From the IMG/VR virus record IMGVR_UViG_3300025362_000005, positions 1 to 64,000 of that record: a stretch of 64,000 bases of DNA; one strand, written 5' to 3'. Made by a program: the position numbers and the translations under genes. Position 1 is the stretch's first letter; the number at the start of each line of letters is the position of its first letter. Under the pieces are notes generated by a model. It ran no database searches. It had not been told where the DNA came from and worked only from the letters and a program-made list of their open reading frames with translations. Positions 1 through 9,823 of this stretch are shown here, in pieces. Source of the DNA: a virus.

Positions 1-139
1 GGGCTATCCGTCTGATTTGATCAAATTGATGCCTATAGCACACCATTACACCTCCGTGAGCTATAGCTTCCAACGCCATTGTGTGTGTCTTTCCTATTGC
101 TATTCCTCTTGCATCTACTATCATAATTCTCTCCTTTTA

Positions 140-535
140 TTAGTAGCGTATTTCCATCTGTATATTCTCTGTATTAGTGCTTTGTACTCTGCTTTTTAAA
201 AAGTCCTGAACATAACTATCTAGTGTATAGGGTGTTATCAACGCACTTACTTCACTTCCCATAAAACTGTATATGGCATTTTTACGCTCTATTTGTTTAA
301 CAGATCGTACATGAAATATATTATTATTACCATCTTTAATTTCCTGTTTCTGATGATTTATTTTGCAGTTATTTAACCTGTGTGCGTAAAATTCTAGGTT
401 TTCATCACCAATAACTATATTAAATGAGTTTGTATTTACATGAGATAACAAACCAATTACTTTGGTTATAGCCCCTTCAGGACTCATCATTGCATCCATG
501 TCACCTATTATTTCAAGTTCCTTTTTTAAATCCAT
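140..535 (-). CDS. hypothetical protein
   Basis: ORF in operon orientation; start moved to MDLKKEL, which follows a GGAG RBS. Confidence 0.6.
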   Translation of the reverse strand: MDLKKELEIIGDMDAMMSPEGAITKVIGLLSHVNTNSFNIVIGDENLEFYAHRLNNCKINHQKQEIKDGNNNIFHVRSVKQIERKNAIYSFMGSEVSALITPYTLDSYVQDFLKSRVQSTNTENIQMEIRY

Positions 536-548
536 TATTCTCTCCTTT

Positions 549-1055
549 TTATAATTTATGTCTACGTGCATATTCTGCTATTAGTATTCCATCAGCATCT
601 TTATGCTTAGTAATCAGTGCTTTGTGTTCTGGGAAAAAGCGAATACCCACATCCTTACTAGCACTTTTTAACATCTCACTTCCCTTTGTACCATTAGGTA
701 GTAAATCGTGTTGCCATGCGCGACTGTCGAGATAATCATAGGGTATTTCTAATTCTTCAAATACAACAAGAGTGACTTCTAGTGCACGTACCGCAGATAA
801 ACTAGCAGAAAATCTAGCGCTGTTGATCATAGGTCTCTCCAAAAACGCTCTTACACTATACTTTCGGGATAACGGTATCAAAATATCCCTTAATTTATTT
901 ATATCAATTCTTGATATGTTCTTGGGTTTCGTTTTCTGAAATGATAGTTGTTTAAAGGTGGGTACTTTGAAAAACAGTGAGGGAAAATTGTCCCCCACTA
1001 TGCCCCAAGTTGCTGTTACGCCGTTATCACATCCACAGTAAATTGTTGGTTTCAT
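549..1055 (-). CDS. RuvC-like Holliday junction resolvase
   Basis: N-terminal CGCDNGVT (xxGxDPG-like), central LERP, W in DSRAWQ, C-terminal DADGILIAEY: RNase H-fold resolvase pattern. Confidence 0.75.
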   Translation of the reverse strand: MKPTIYCGCDNGVTATWGIVGDNFPSLFFKVPTFKQLSFQKTKPKNISRIDINKLRDILIPLSRKYSVRAFLERPMINSARFSASLSAVRALEVTLVVFEELEIPYDYLDSRAWQHDLLPNGTKGSEMLKSASKDVGIRFFPEHKALITKHKDADGILIAEYARRHKL

Positions 1056-1056
1056 T

Positions 1057-1434
1057 TTAAAACCCCATATGCTTGCCAACGGTACTCGCCTGCTCCACAT
1101 ATGCATCATCTTCTACCATTGCATCTATAATGTCTTTCAAATTCAACAAATCCTCACGCCTTAAAGCGTATACCATATTAACATAATCAACACTGATCAT
1201 ATCTATGAATCCCCGTTGCTGTACTGAGTGTATATGATAATTGCTACAGGTTTTGCTATAAGCAACATCTGCTTTGTGTGATTTAGTTGTAAGTTCTTTT
1301 CTGTGTTCATCATCATGTTTTGTGCCCGTTATTTGAATATACCCGTCATCATGGTGATTACGTGCTTCCAACCAATATATGGGGGTATTGTCATTATTTA
1401 TTGCCTCTTGTATTTCTTTATCAATTTCTTTCAT
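1057..1434 (-). CDS. hypothetical protein
   Basis: ORF with RBS, tightly packed in operon. Confidence 0.6.
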   Translation of the reverse strand: MKEIDKEIQEAINNDNTPIYWLEARNHHDDGYIQITGTKHDDEHRKELTTKSHKADVAYSKTCSNYHIHSVQQRGFIDMISVDYVNMVYALRREDLLNLKDIIDAMVEDDAYVEQASTVGKHMGF

Positions 1435-1445
1435 ATTAAACTCCT

Positions 1446-1730
1446 TTATTCATTAGCAAACGCAAAAACACCTTCTTTCGTTTTTGTTTTAAGTTTCTCT
1501 GTAAATGATTGTGTGTGCCCATCTTCATATTTAAACGTTAATTTGTCAAGAGTATCAACTGAAAGGGGTTCGAGAGCGTAAACAGGACACACTGTTACTC
1601 CTTCTTCTTTTAACCAATCCTTTTCAGTCCAATCGTAGTATTTCTTATATATTTCTTTTGCTCTTTCAGGTGATACAGCACATATCCATGTGTAATCCTC
1701 TTCAACTTCATATACATTAAATTTACTCAT
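1446..1730 (-). CDS. hypothetical protein
   Basis: ORF tightly packed in operon. Confidence 0.6.
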   Translation of the reverse strand: MSKFNVYEVEEDYTWICAVSPERAKEIYKKYYDWTEKDWLKEEGVTVCPVYALEPLSVDTLDKLTFKYEDGHTQSFTEKLKTKTKEGVFAFANE

Positions 1731-1731
1731 A

Positions 1732-2832
1732 CTAAAACCTCGGTTTCCTTCTATTTACTAAACTTGCTTCAATCTCTTCCCACTTAGTAATAACTTTATT
1801 TCGTAAAGCTTCCTCTAGTTCATTATCATATACATAATCACACATTTCCTCTCGTGTGTACTTATCTTCAGAACTTTCATCCCATTGCAACTTGTTTTTT
1901 TCAACCTTTGTGCCCCTCAATTTTCCCGTGGGCGAACGCAGATCATACAAAAAGTCTATGTTACCTGCAATGTCATCAATGCCTATTGAGTAGTCGAGCA
2001 CCATATTTGCTACTCTAAATGGACGCGCAGTTTTGCTCTTTATGTTTGTTGATTTAATGGGTATTCCTGCACGGCGTTGATACTTTTCATCTTCCATTTC
2101 TTTTTTATCTAGTATACCCAATTCTTCAATAGTATGACAATAAAAATCTAATGCTTTTCCACCTGCACGAGTGCTTTGTTTATCATACTTACTTGCACCT
2201 ATATTAGAACGTAACTGACTAATTATTACCAACACAATATTCTTCTCAGCCAATATAGACATAATTTGTGGGAAAAACTCACCACTTAAAAACTTTGCTT
2301 TACTCATAGCATAGGTGCCTTCATCAAAAGCTTTGTCTTTCTTAAACGCTTCGTACCTTTTATCACCACGTTCTATCATTTCTTTTGAAGTGATACCATC
2401 TAATGAATCCAGTGCATAAAATCCTATTTCATCTTTTTTAATCGTGTCTGCAAATGCACGTACATTAGTATAAAAGTCCTCAACAGTATCAGATACAAGG
2501 GTATCTTCATCTATAAAAGGCCTGTCCATTCCATATATTTTAGCTGAATCAAATGAATCACCTCGTTCAGCTATATCTAGATTCCATTTGAACTTTTTAC
2601 CTAGTTTTAAGTAGTTTACTGCTATTGACTGTACAATTAAATAGCTTTTACCAACACTCGACCACGAAATTATGTTATACCCTTTACCCACTTTATAGCC
2701 CATACCTTCACCACCACCTATCTGTAAATCTCTGATGGTATTTCCCGTAGTGATATATTTTGCTACTTTTTTCGTCTTACCTTTTTCTAATTCTGCTACA
2801 ACTGTTTTTGCCACAGGTTTCTTTGTTGCCAT
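1732..2832 (-). CDS. recA: RecA/UvsX-like recombinase
   Basis: ITTGN..DL.IGG, Walker A-like SWSSVGKS, Walker B ALDSL, IISQLR, GGKALDFY motifs. Confidence 0.9.
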   Translation of the reverse strand: MATKKPVAKTVVAELEKGKTKKVAKYITTGNTIRDLQIGGGEGMGYKVGKGYNIISWSSVGKSYLIVQSIAVNYLKLGKKFKWNLDIAERGDSFDSAKIYGMDRPFIDEDTLVSDTVEDFYTNVRAFADTIKKDEIGFYALDSLDGITSKEMIERGDKRYEAFKKDKAFDEGTYAMSKAKFLSGEFFPQIMSILAEKNIVLVIISQLRSNIGASKYDKQSTRAGGKALDFYCHTIEELGILDKKEMEDEKYQRRAGIPIKSTNIKSKTARPFRVANMVLDYSIGIDDIAGNIDFLYDLRSPTGKLRGTKVEKNKLQWDESSEDKYTREEMCDYVYDNELEEALRNKVITKWEEIEASLVNRRKPRF

Positions 2833-2888
2833 ACTTTTTGGTCTCCTTATGCAACAACATAACATTATTGCTATGTTGTTGCTATGAA

Positions 2889-3968
2889 TTAACTAGCTTT
2901 AATACAGTTCTTAAAGTTCTCTTTATGCTCGGCTTTGCAGGTCATACAATCTTCCATGTTAGCATCTTCCATGTTGTCATCACCAAAAACGTGGCCATAT
3001 AAACATGTCTTTGTGTCTACAACTTCAGGTTCTGGCTCTGGCTCAACTTCTTCTTCAGGTTCAGGCTCTTCTTCAGGCTCTGGTTCTGTTTTAGGTTTTC
3101 TCGTAGTTCGTTTCTTTTTAGGAGTCTCTACAGCCACTTCGTTTTCATCATCATCGTCCTCTGGTTCTTCAGGAGCCTCACGTAGCATAGCTTCAATTTC
3201 CTCATCACTATGAATATGAAGTAACCCGTCTAAACTGAAGGCACCATGATCAAGCATTTCGTCTTTGAACTCAAAGTCTATTATGCCTTCATCATAAGGT
3301 TCTTCTCTGTCTTCAAAATCGAAGTCTTTGTAGTTAAAGAACTTTCCACTCTTAAACGTTTTTGCTTTTGCACGAAAAACTACAGACTGTCCGTCTTCAG
3401 GGTCTGTGTAATCAATAGGGTCTCCTGTTTCTGCTTTTGCGGCGGCCTTCTCAAGTAGTTCAGCCATGAAAAAGAAATGCACTTCATCTATAATTTGAAT
3501 CTGTCCACCATTCTCATCTTCTTCATCGGGTTTTAAATTGATGCCATTCATAATAGCACGTCTTTTTGGTTTGTAGTTGTCTAGTAAATCATCATACTCT
3601 TTTTGTGTTAGATTCAAATCCTCTGCTTCTAGTTCTTGTAGTCGTGCTCTTTCTGCACAAATTTTACAAGGTTTGCCAAATGTTCGTTTCTTACAAATTA
3701 CTTTGTCAAAGCTTTGATTGAAATTCTTGTGTACATACAAATCCAACATGTACCCGTGCTTTCCTGCTTTCTTACCGGGCATTAGATTCGTGGTGTAGGT
3801 GAACGGTATAATGTCAACTGCATTATTTCCTGCCCGTGCTTTGAAATATGAACGGTCTTCTCCATCCATATTCAAATAGTTCTGTGCTTTTACTCCACCA
3901 CTCTTTATATTGTTGGTGTTGGTAATTACTTCCTGTTGTAACTCTTCTTTTAAATTAAATTTTCCCAT
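2889..3968 (-). CDS. single-stranded DNA-binding protein (gp32-like)
   Basis: N-x-VDIIPF, VHK, C..TFGKPC.ICAE zinc motif, DPEDG, long acidic tail with a terminal Cys cluster; lies beside recA. Confidence 0.75.
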   Translation of the reverse strand: MGKFNLKEELQQEVITNTNNIKSGGVKAQNYLNMDGEDRSYFKARAGNNAVDIIPFTYTTNLMPGKKAGKHGYMLDLYVHKNFNQSFDKVICKKRTFGKPCKICAERARLQELEAEDLNLTQKEYDDLLDNYKPKRRAIMNGINLKPDEEDENGGQIQIIDEVHFFFMAELLEKAAAKAETGDPIDYTDPEDGQSVVFRAKAKTFKSGKFFNYKDFDFEDREEPYDEGIIDFEFKDEMLDHGAFSLDGLLHIHSDEEIEAMLREAPEEPEDDDDENEVAVETPKKKRTTRKPKTEPEPEEEPEPEEEVEPEPEPEVVDTKTCLYGHVFGDDNMEDANMEDCMTCKAEHKENFKNCIKAS

Positions 3969-3980
3969 TTCTTTACCTCT

Positions 3981-4487
3981 TTAGTTATTTAGTTTTGCTT
4001 CTATAGCGTCATTAGTTTTTTGTTGTCTTGCTTCTTTACTGTCTTTAATGCCATTTGTTTTGTCCCTTGGTGTAGCGTATTGCTCACGTCCGGTGAGTAT
4101 TACTGCATTCTCTAGCCCTTTCTTTCGTTGATCAAAAGCTATTTCTACTTTCTTCATTAACGTAGCATCTTTCTTGGCGTGATTGTACTCCTTCTTCAAC
4201 GCAATTACTAAGGGGTCTGAGGTAACAAGAGCCAGTATAGCCTTATCTGTTACCTTCATTCCTTCAGGTGCTAACGCATACTCCCCATTCCTAATACTTA
4301 GTTCTGTCTGTGCCTGTAGCACGTCTAACTCATCCTTTTTGTTATCTGCCTCCTCTTGTACCTCTGTGCTTGTTTCCGCATATGACAAATACAAACCGGG
4401 TTGTGCCTGCCATTCCTCTAGTAGATTATATGAATCTACATCCAAATCGTCATAATAGCTTCCTGTGTCTACTTCTTTGGTTTTCAT
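3981..4487 (-). CDS. UvsY-like recombination mediator
   Basis: Helical protein with L.EEW..QP.LY..YA, KVTDKAI and AFDQRK..LE; SSB/RecA neighbourhood. Confidence 0.55.
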   Translation of the reverse strand: MKTKEVDTGSYYDDLDVDSYNLLEEWQAQPGLYLSYAETSTEVQEEADNKKDELDVLQAQTELSIRNGEYALAPEGMKVTDKAILALVTSDPLVIALKKEYNHAKKDATLMKKVEIAFDQRKKGLENAVILTGREQYATPRDKTNGIKDSKEARQQKTNDAIEAKLNN

Positions 4488-4675
4488 GTTTTCTCCTTAG
4501 TTCTTCCCATGTTTAAGCCTCTTTACACCTGTTTTTGCCCACATACGTCTTATTTCACCATTCTCCATAACAACATAAGCAGGTTTTGATTTACCTTTAT
4601 CTGCTACAATTTTAGTTTGCTCTGCCATAGTATGTGTTAGCCCAAAATGGATACCTTTTTTGTTTACGTGTTTAT

Positions 4676-4903
4676 TCATAATACTTCCTTTAAATTCCAA
4701 TCAATATACGTGTCTACGTTAAACCACCGTGTTACCCCATCTCCCACTACTTTTATGGGTTCAGTAAATAGATTTGTGTAGTTGTGCTCTTCTTCAGGCG
4801 TATTGTCTATACACTGTGCTACATAATCATTCACCACTAGCTCCATTACCAGTGCATTGTCTACATACACTGGTTCATTCTTGTAAAATACTTCAAATTT
4901 CAT
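4676..4903 (-). CDS. hypothetical protein
   Basis: ORF with RBS. Confidence 0.5.
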   Translation of the reverse strand: MKFEVFYKNEPVYVDNALVMELVVNDYVAQCIDNTPEEEHNYTNLFTEPIKVVGDGVTRWFNVDTYIDWNLKEVL

Positions 4904-5076
4904 ACATTCTCCTTTAGTTCTCTACCACACATAGGGCAATAATTAATTGATACACTAGTCCATTCGGTTGTAAACACAGACAATTTAGCGCTCTTCGCAG
5001 TCAGTCGAATGGAAATATCATCCCGATCATATAATGGCTTTGCCCAACATATAATGTCGTTACAATACTCACACAT
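4900..5076 (-). CDS. small zinc-ribbon protein (not in ORF track)
   Basis: Translated by hand as MCEYCND...SINYCPMCGREL; paralogous to 46868..47050. Confidence 0.6.
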   Translation of the reverse strand: MCEYCNDIICWAKPLYDRDDISIRLTAKSAKLSVFTTEWTSVSINYCPMCGRELKENV

Positions 5077-5089
5077 ACTTGCCTTCCTC

Positions 5090-6409
5090 CTATTTAAATA
5101 TATTATTTCGTCTATAAAACTTCTTCACATATGGACTCAATTTATTATCGGACGCTCGTATATACCGTGCAAACCCAATACCATCAAGTGTACGTACACG
5201 GCTTATCGCGCAATAACATTGGCCACTAGCAAATGTACGGCGTTCTAAATCCACAAAAGCTCTATCAAGTGTCAATCCCTGTGTCTTGTGTGCAGTCAGT
5301 GCATACCCTAGCTTGAGTGGAATTTGTTTGTACTCACCACTACTGGTTGCCGTAATCTCTTTTTTAGTTTTGTCATATTTGTGGGTATAACGCTTCCACG
5401 TGTAGGGTTCAATAGTATATGTACGGTCATTTACTTCTATTACTACTGCGCCACTGTACATCTCCTTTACTACTCCTATCATCCCATTGTAATAGCCTTT
5501 TGAGTGGTTATTTGCACACACCATTACTTGTGCCCCTTTCTTTAGCTCCACACAGTTTGGTGCAATCTTATCTTCATCAGGAAAATTGGTACTATTGCCA
5601 TAATAGAACTTTGATGGATTGTGATTTAATTGCATCTCTCTACTATTTATACCATTTACTGTCGCGTTTGTCAAGGCAACATGGATAAAAGGATGAGGAG
5701 ATAACGCACGGAATTCTGACTCGCTCATTACTCTAGTATTCATGTAACTCAGGTCTGAATCCTCTATGGTATTGAATCGAAAAGAATTGAGCACATCTAC
5801 AAAAGCAGGGTCTCGTTGTCGAAACACTTTATTAAAAGCTATTATCTCAAAATCAAGATCAATAAATGGTGTGGCGTGAAAAAAGAACTTACTCCCATAC
5901 GTGTCAGCAACATAACTTTTTTCCTCTTTGGTCTTAATAATAGGTGACAACTGACTAGGGTCTCCAATTAATATTAGTCGTACATCAACCCCATTAGTGT
6001 AGTTTCTAATCATGTAAACAATCTTGGTGAGTAGGTCACTGTTCACAGCCCCTATTTCGTCTACAATCAAGGTATGCAAGTTTTTGAATAACGGTATAAG
6101 GTCTGCTTTAACACTTAAACTATTAACAGGTATTATGGACAACGCGGGTAGCCTAAACAAACTATGAATTGTTGTGGCTTTTATCCCATCTGAGCTCGCA
6201 TTTACTGCCGCTACTCCTGTGGGGCAACAAACAACCGTGGAATGAGGGTAGAAGGTTTTATTGCAACACATTTTTATAAACTCTGTTTTTCCACTTCCTG
6301 CCATACCTGTTATACACATGTGTTTATCCGTATTCTGCAACACGGTTATAGCATGTTCTAGCTTATCATGCATCTCAATATAGTCGAACTCTGGTGGTAG
6401 TTTAATCAC
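5090..6409 (-). CDS. Pif1/RecD-like SF1B helicase
   Basis: GMAGSGKT, CPTGVAA, TIHSLF, IVDEI, GDPSQL, FRQ, QIPLKLGYALTAHKTQGLTL, SRV motifs. Confidence 0.93.
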   Translation of the reverse strand: MIKLPPEFDYIEMHDKLEHAITVLQNTDKHMCITGMAGSGKTEFIKMCCNKTFYPHSTVVCCPTGVAAVNASSDGIKATTIHSLFRLPALSIIPVNSLSVKADLIPLFKNLHTLIVDEIGAVNSDLLTKIVYMIRNYTNGVDVRLILIGDPSQLSPIIKTKEEKSYVADTYGSKFFFHATPFIDLDFEIIAFNKVFRQRDPAFVDVLNSFRFNTIEDSDLSYMNTRVMSESEFRALSPHPFIHVALTNATVNGINSREMQLNHNPSKFYYGNSTNFPDEDKIAPNCVELKKGAQVMVCANNHSKGYYNGMIGVVKEMYSGAVVIEVNDRTYTIEPYTWKRYTHKYDKTKKEITATSSGEYKQIPLKLGYALTAHKTQGLTLDRAFVDLERRTFASGQCYCAISRVRTLDGIGFARYIRASDNKLSPYVKKFYRRNNIFK

Positions 6410-6672
6410 ATTTTTCTCAATTGAGGAACCCTGTACTCCATTCGATTAGTTCCACTAGCGTTAAACACAAGTACCTCACCTGATATTCTATTTGCGTAAT
6501 TATCCATGGCTTCAACAGCAGTTTTCCCATCTCCATAGGTACTTGTTAACATATTGTCGTTAAGCACCTCAGCAAGGCTATCAAAAGAACACGCATACCT
6601 TCCATTCTGTTCTACATAATATATTATCCTTAGACCCTGTCTAATCATCTCTGCAAATTCAACTATATTCAT
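6406..6672 (-). CDS. hypothetical protein
   Basis: ORF with RBS, overlapping stop/start. Confidence 0.55.
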   Translation of the reverse strand: MNIVEFAEMIRQGLRIIYYVEQNGRYACSFDSLAEVLNDNMLTSTYGDGKTAVEAMDNYANRISGEVLVFNASGTNRMEYRVPQLRKM

Positions 6673-6681
6673 ACTTTCTCC

Positions 6682-7104
6682 TTATTCAATTACTTTGATC
6701 GTTCTATGTAACGCAATTATTGTATCCATAAGAATTGCAAAATTTGTTTCTGCCTCATTCTTACTACACTCTTCCCACTGACTCAAGTGCTCTCTATCTT
6801 CTTTTATTTTCTTTACATGCACTTCACCATCGGAATCAATATACCATTCAATACCAAAAATGACTTCAAATTCATAGTCTCCAAATCTATCAGTACCCAT
6901 GTATTGGTATTTTCTATATATGTCCCAATAATCATCATCATTCTCTGGACAAGAATAAGAGTTATTTGAGTATTTATAATATTTACCAATATAGTTTTTT
7001 ATAGTTGCTACAGTGCCTACCCGTTTTCTTTCACTTAACTCACTACTTGCTTTTCTTCCCTGTGCCACAATAACATCTAATTCCCTTTCGTTTAATTCTT
7101 TCAT
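6682..7104 (-). CDS. hypothetical protein
   Basis: ORF with GGAGG RBS. Confidence 0.6.
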   Translation of the reverse strand: MKELNERELDVIVAQGRKASSELSERKRVGTVATIKNYIGKYYKYSNNSYSCPENDDDYWDIYRKYQYMGTDRFGDYEFEVIFGIEWYIDSDGEVHVKKIKEDREHLSQWEECSKNEAETNFAILMDTIIALHRTIKVIE

Positions 7105-7117
7105 ACTTCCTCCTATT

Positions 7118-8023
7118 TTACTTATTCACACACAAATAACACGCGGTAACGAATTCCGCTTTAGTATACAACATATTAGAAAACATGTCAACCACTACTA
7201 CAGCCCGTCTATGAAACTTAGTAGAAGCAGGATTCAAAAGTACTGAACACATATACCCTAGTATAGCGTGTCGCATACCTTCTATGTCCTCAGTCGTTTC
7301 TTTAATAATTTTTATAACAGCTTTCCAACTACTCTCTCCATATAAAAAAGCTCTACATAAATCTATAACAGTCTTACTCGCTATTTCTTCTTCCAGTATT
7401 TTTAATTGAGTGACTTCATCAAATCCGTGGAGTTTATCAAGTGCTACAAGTGCAAGTGCAGGACTACCTTCCGCCTTTACTACAATGACATCAACAACAT
7501 CAGGAGTAACAATAATGTCATGCTTCTTAGCTGTCTTTACAATATACTTGAAAAGCGTGGGTTTGTCAATAGGTTCAACTTTATATTCTGTAAAACGGCG
7601 TCTCAACGTAGGCAATATTTTTGAGGGTGCAGTAGTGCAGATAAAGAAGTATGTCCATGCGTTTGCTTCTTCTGTAGGTTTTAGCATAGCTTCTTGAAAC
7701 TTACCAGTAGCCCCTTGCGTTTCATCAAGAATTATAACCTGTGCTGTTCCAAGAGGCATATTACCAGCTATCTCTGTAATTTCTCGTGCTATATCTATTC
7801 CACCTTTACCCGCTAAATTGTACTCATGAATGTCAATACTCATAGCACCCAATTCTTTCGCCATTATACGTGCTGTAGTTGTTTTACCAACACCCTTTGG
7901 GCCTTTTAGCATATAGCAATGAGGGCGATCAGGATTAGCCAAGTGCATGGTCATAGAGTCTTTTAGTAGTTTATTGCCAAGAAGGTCTTTAAAGCTATCG
8001 GGGCGTTCTGTTATGTGTAACAA
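7118..8023 (-). CDS. dnaX: clamp loader, DnaX (gamma/tau)-like AAA+ ATPase
   Basis: RPDSFKDLLG, GPKGVGKTTTARI, IILDE, MLKPTEE, CTT..KILPTLRRR. Confidence 0.88.
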   Translation of the reverse strand: MLHITERPDSFKDLLGNKLLKDSMTMHLANPDRPHCYMLKGPKGVGKTTTARIMAKELGAMSIDIHEYNLAGKGGIDIAREITEIAGNMPLGTAQVIILDETQGATGKFQEAMLKPTEEANAWTYFFICTTAPSKILPTLRRRFTEYKVEPIDKPTLFKYIVKTAKKHDIIVTPDVVDVIVVKAEGSPALALVALDKLHGFDEVTQLKILEEEIASKTVIDLCRAFLYGESSWKAVIKIIKETTEDIEGMRHAILGYMCSVLLNPASTKFHRRAVVVVDMFSNMLYTKAEFVTACYLCVNK

Positions 8024-8026
8024 CGC

Positions 8027-8371
8027 TTATCTCCTTTTCCATTTTCTAAATTCATGAGAACTCATATGTAAAAAAGACATTTGTAATCGCCTATCTTCTG
8101 CTTGTATTTCTCGTAATTCTTCTTGTAATTCATTTATAGTCTTAATATGTTTTTCTACCCTTTTCTCATCATCTTCTGAATCACGCATTAAATCAGCAAT
8201 AAACTTTGTTTTCTCCCCTGTATTTAATACGATAACATTTTCATCACACCCACAGAACCCTCCACTCCATTGGTGCTTAATCATTATACAAGGGGCATCC
8301 TCATATGCCTTTCGATATTTATCAAACAACTCCACACTTATGGTTACACTTCCATCTACATTTGTTTTCAT
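8027..8371 (-). CDS. hypothetical coiled-coil protein
   Basis: ORF with GGAGG RBS. Confidence 0.55.
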   Translation of the reverse strand: MKTNVDGSVTISVELFDKYRKAYEDAPCIMIKHQWSGGFCGCDENVIVLNTGEKTKFIADLMRDSEDDEKRVEKHIKTINELQEELREIQAEDRRLQMSFLHMSSHEFRKWKRR

Positions 8372-8382
8372 ACTTCCTCCTA

Positions 8383-8673
8383 TTAATCTATTAAATCACT
8401 AAAATCTGTCCAATTTTGTGTAATACACAACAGCATCAAATACCCCATCAAATCAGATACATCGTTCTTACGCAATTCACTGCTATTCATAATACGTTTT
8501 AATTTATCATCTAGCCTAATTTTTATTCCCTCTGCACCATCAAGTTTACTAAAACAGGTTAAAGGGTTTGTAGCAGAATTACCGTAGCGTTTGTTTTTCT
8601 CTATCAGCATCTGCATATGTGATTCATATGTCTTGGTTATTATCGCTTTCAATCTCTTCCTCCTCGTATTCAT
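8383..8673 (-). CDS. DUF1599 / nucleotide-modification-associated domain 1 protein
   Basis: KN..YGNS..P...F.....I.IRLDDKL.RI.....D..DL.GY pattern. Confidence 0.75.
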   Translation of the reverse strand: MNTRRKRLKAIITKTYESHMQMLIEKNKRYGNSATNPLTCFSKLDGAEGIKIRLDDKLKRIMNSSELRKNDVSDLMGYLMLLCITQNWTDFSDLID

Positions 8674-8690
8674 CTTCCATTTCTAGTTCA

Positions 8691-9815
8691 TCATATAGTT
8701 CTGAAGCTGTTAAATCGGGTTTCACCATGTGCCCCCACTATTTGTACCTGCGTTTTAGTAAATAAATCCCAAAAGTAACTTTGTGCAGTAACAGTTGTAT
8801 TATTCAGTTTTTTATATACATACCCCGAATACGGTTTCTTAATAATACGGTTTATATCAGCACGACTCAACCCATACTCTATCACGTGTTCAAATGCTTG
8901 TCCACACACAGTTACATATGCTTGTATAGCTTTTTTAACATTTAAAAAATCATCTGCATATTCAGGAAAATAACTTAAAAACTCTACGTCTTCTCCACTT
9001 TGAAGCAACCCAAGTACCTTCCTAACAGTTAGAACCCCTTCCCCCTTTATATGATGAGCGAGTACGTACTCAGGAGACTTTATTTTAATTCTATTGAAAT
9101 TTTCATCACATACCACATAGCCTTCCTCATCATACCCTAGTTTAGTGCTTGCAGTTATACAATCATCAGCATTGCTAAAAGTATAACTTCGTGGACGATC
9201 AAACCCTAAAACACTTGCACCATCTTCAATACCAGTATAATTAAGTATACGACATAAGAAATACATATTAGTTTCGTCATATGGCACTACTACACGGTTA
9301 TAAACACTTACTATTTCAAAAAGATATGTAGCGTTTTTATTGAATTGCTCAAATATAGGTATCTGATTTGCATAGGTATTTAGCATGTGGTTAGTAACCA
9401 GCTCACCAAAACTATTATACTCCCCTATCTGACTCGGTAAATCACTATCAAAGGCATCTATACATCCACTAGTAGCTATACACCATTTATTGTCGTGGTA
9501 ATAAAAACGGATTAAACTGCCATCTATTTTCTCGGTAATTGTAGCAGAATTCCAATCAATAGCATGTGCTTGGGGTTCGCCTACATTAAAGAAACGATAG
9601 AATCCACGACACACAATATCGTAGGTAACAGCGTTTAAAATCACACCCCTACATTGATTTGTTAAATGACATTTAGGGGAGTTAAACTGATGATATTTCA
9701 GTAATATCAAACCGTTTTTCTCACTTATTTTCATATTGTAATCGTTTCGCAGTACCTCTAATGCATTTTCTACAGTTCTTAAAAATGTTTGCAAGTCATA
9801 ATTATCGTATTTCAT
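8691..9815 (-). CDS. RNA ligase 1 (T4 Rnl1-like)
   Basis: CRG, RFFN.GE, motif I EKIDGS, FE, EGYVV, RIKIKS.EY; adjacent to PNK. Confidence 0.88.
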   Translation of the reverse strand: MKYDNYDLQTFLRTVENALEVLRNDYNMKISEKNGLILLKYHQFNSPKCHLTNQCRGVILNAVTYDIVCRGFYRFFNVGEPQAHAIDWNSATITEKIDGSLIRFYYHDNKWCIATSGCIDAFDSDLPSQIGEYNSFGELVTNHMLNTYANQIPIFEQFNKNATYLFEIVSVYNRVVVPYDETNMYFLCRILNYTGIEDGASVLGFDRPRSYTFSNADDCITASTKLGYDEEGYVVCDENFNRIKIKSPEYVLAHHIKGEGVLTVRKVLGLLQSGEDVEFLSYFPEYADDFLNVKKAIQAYVTVCGQAFEHVIEYGLSRADINRIIKKPYSGYVYKKLNNTTVTAQSYFWDLFTKTQVQIVGAHGETRFNSFRTI

Positions 9816-9823
9816 AAACCCTC

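Noticed and set aside
2630-2680. RecA Walker A variant (SWSSVGKS) taken as a sign of inactivation
   Set aside because: The GKS, Walker B and other motifs are intact, so it is most likely tolerated divergence.
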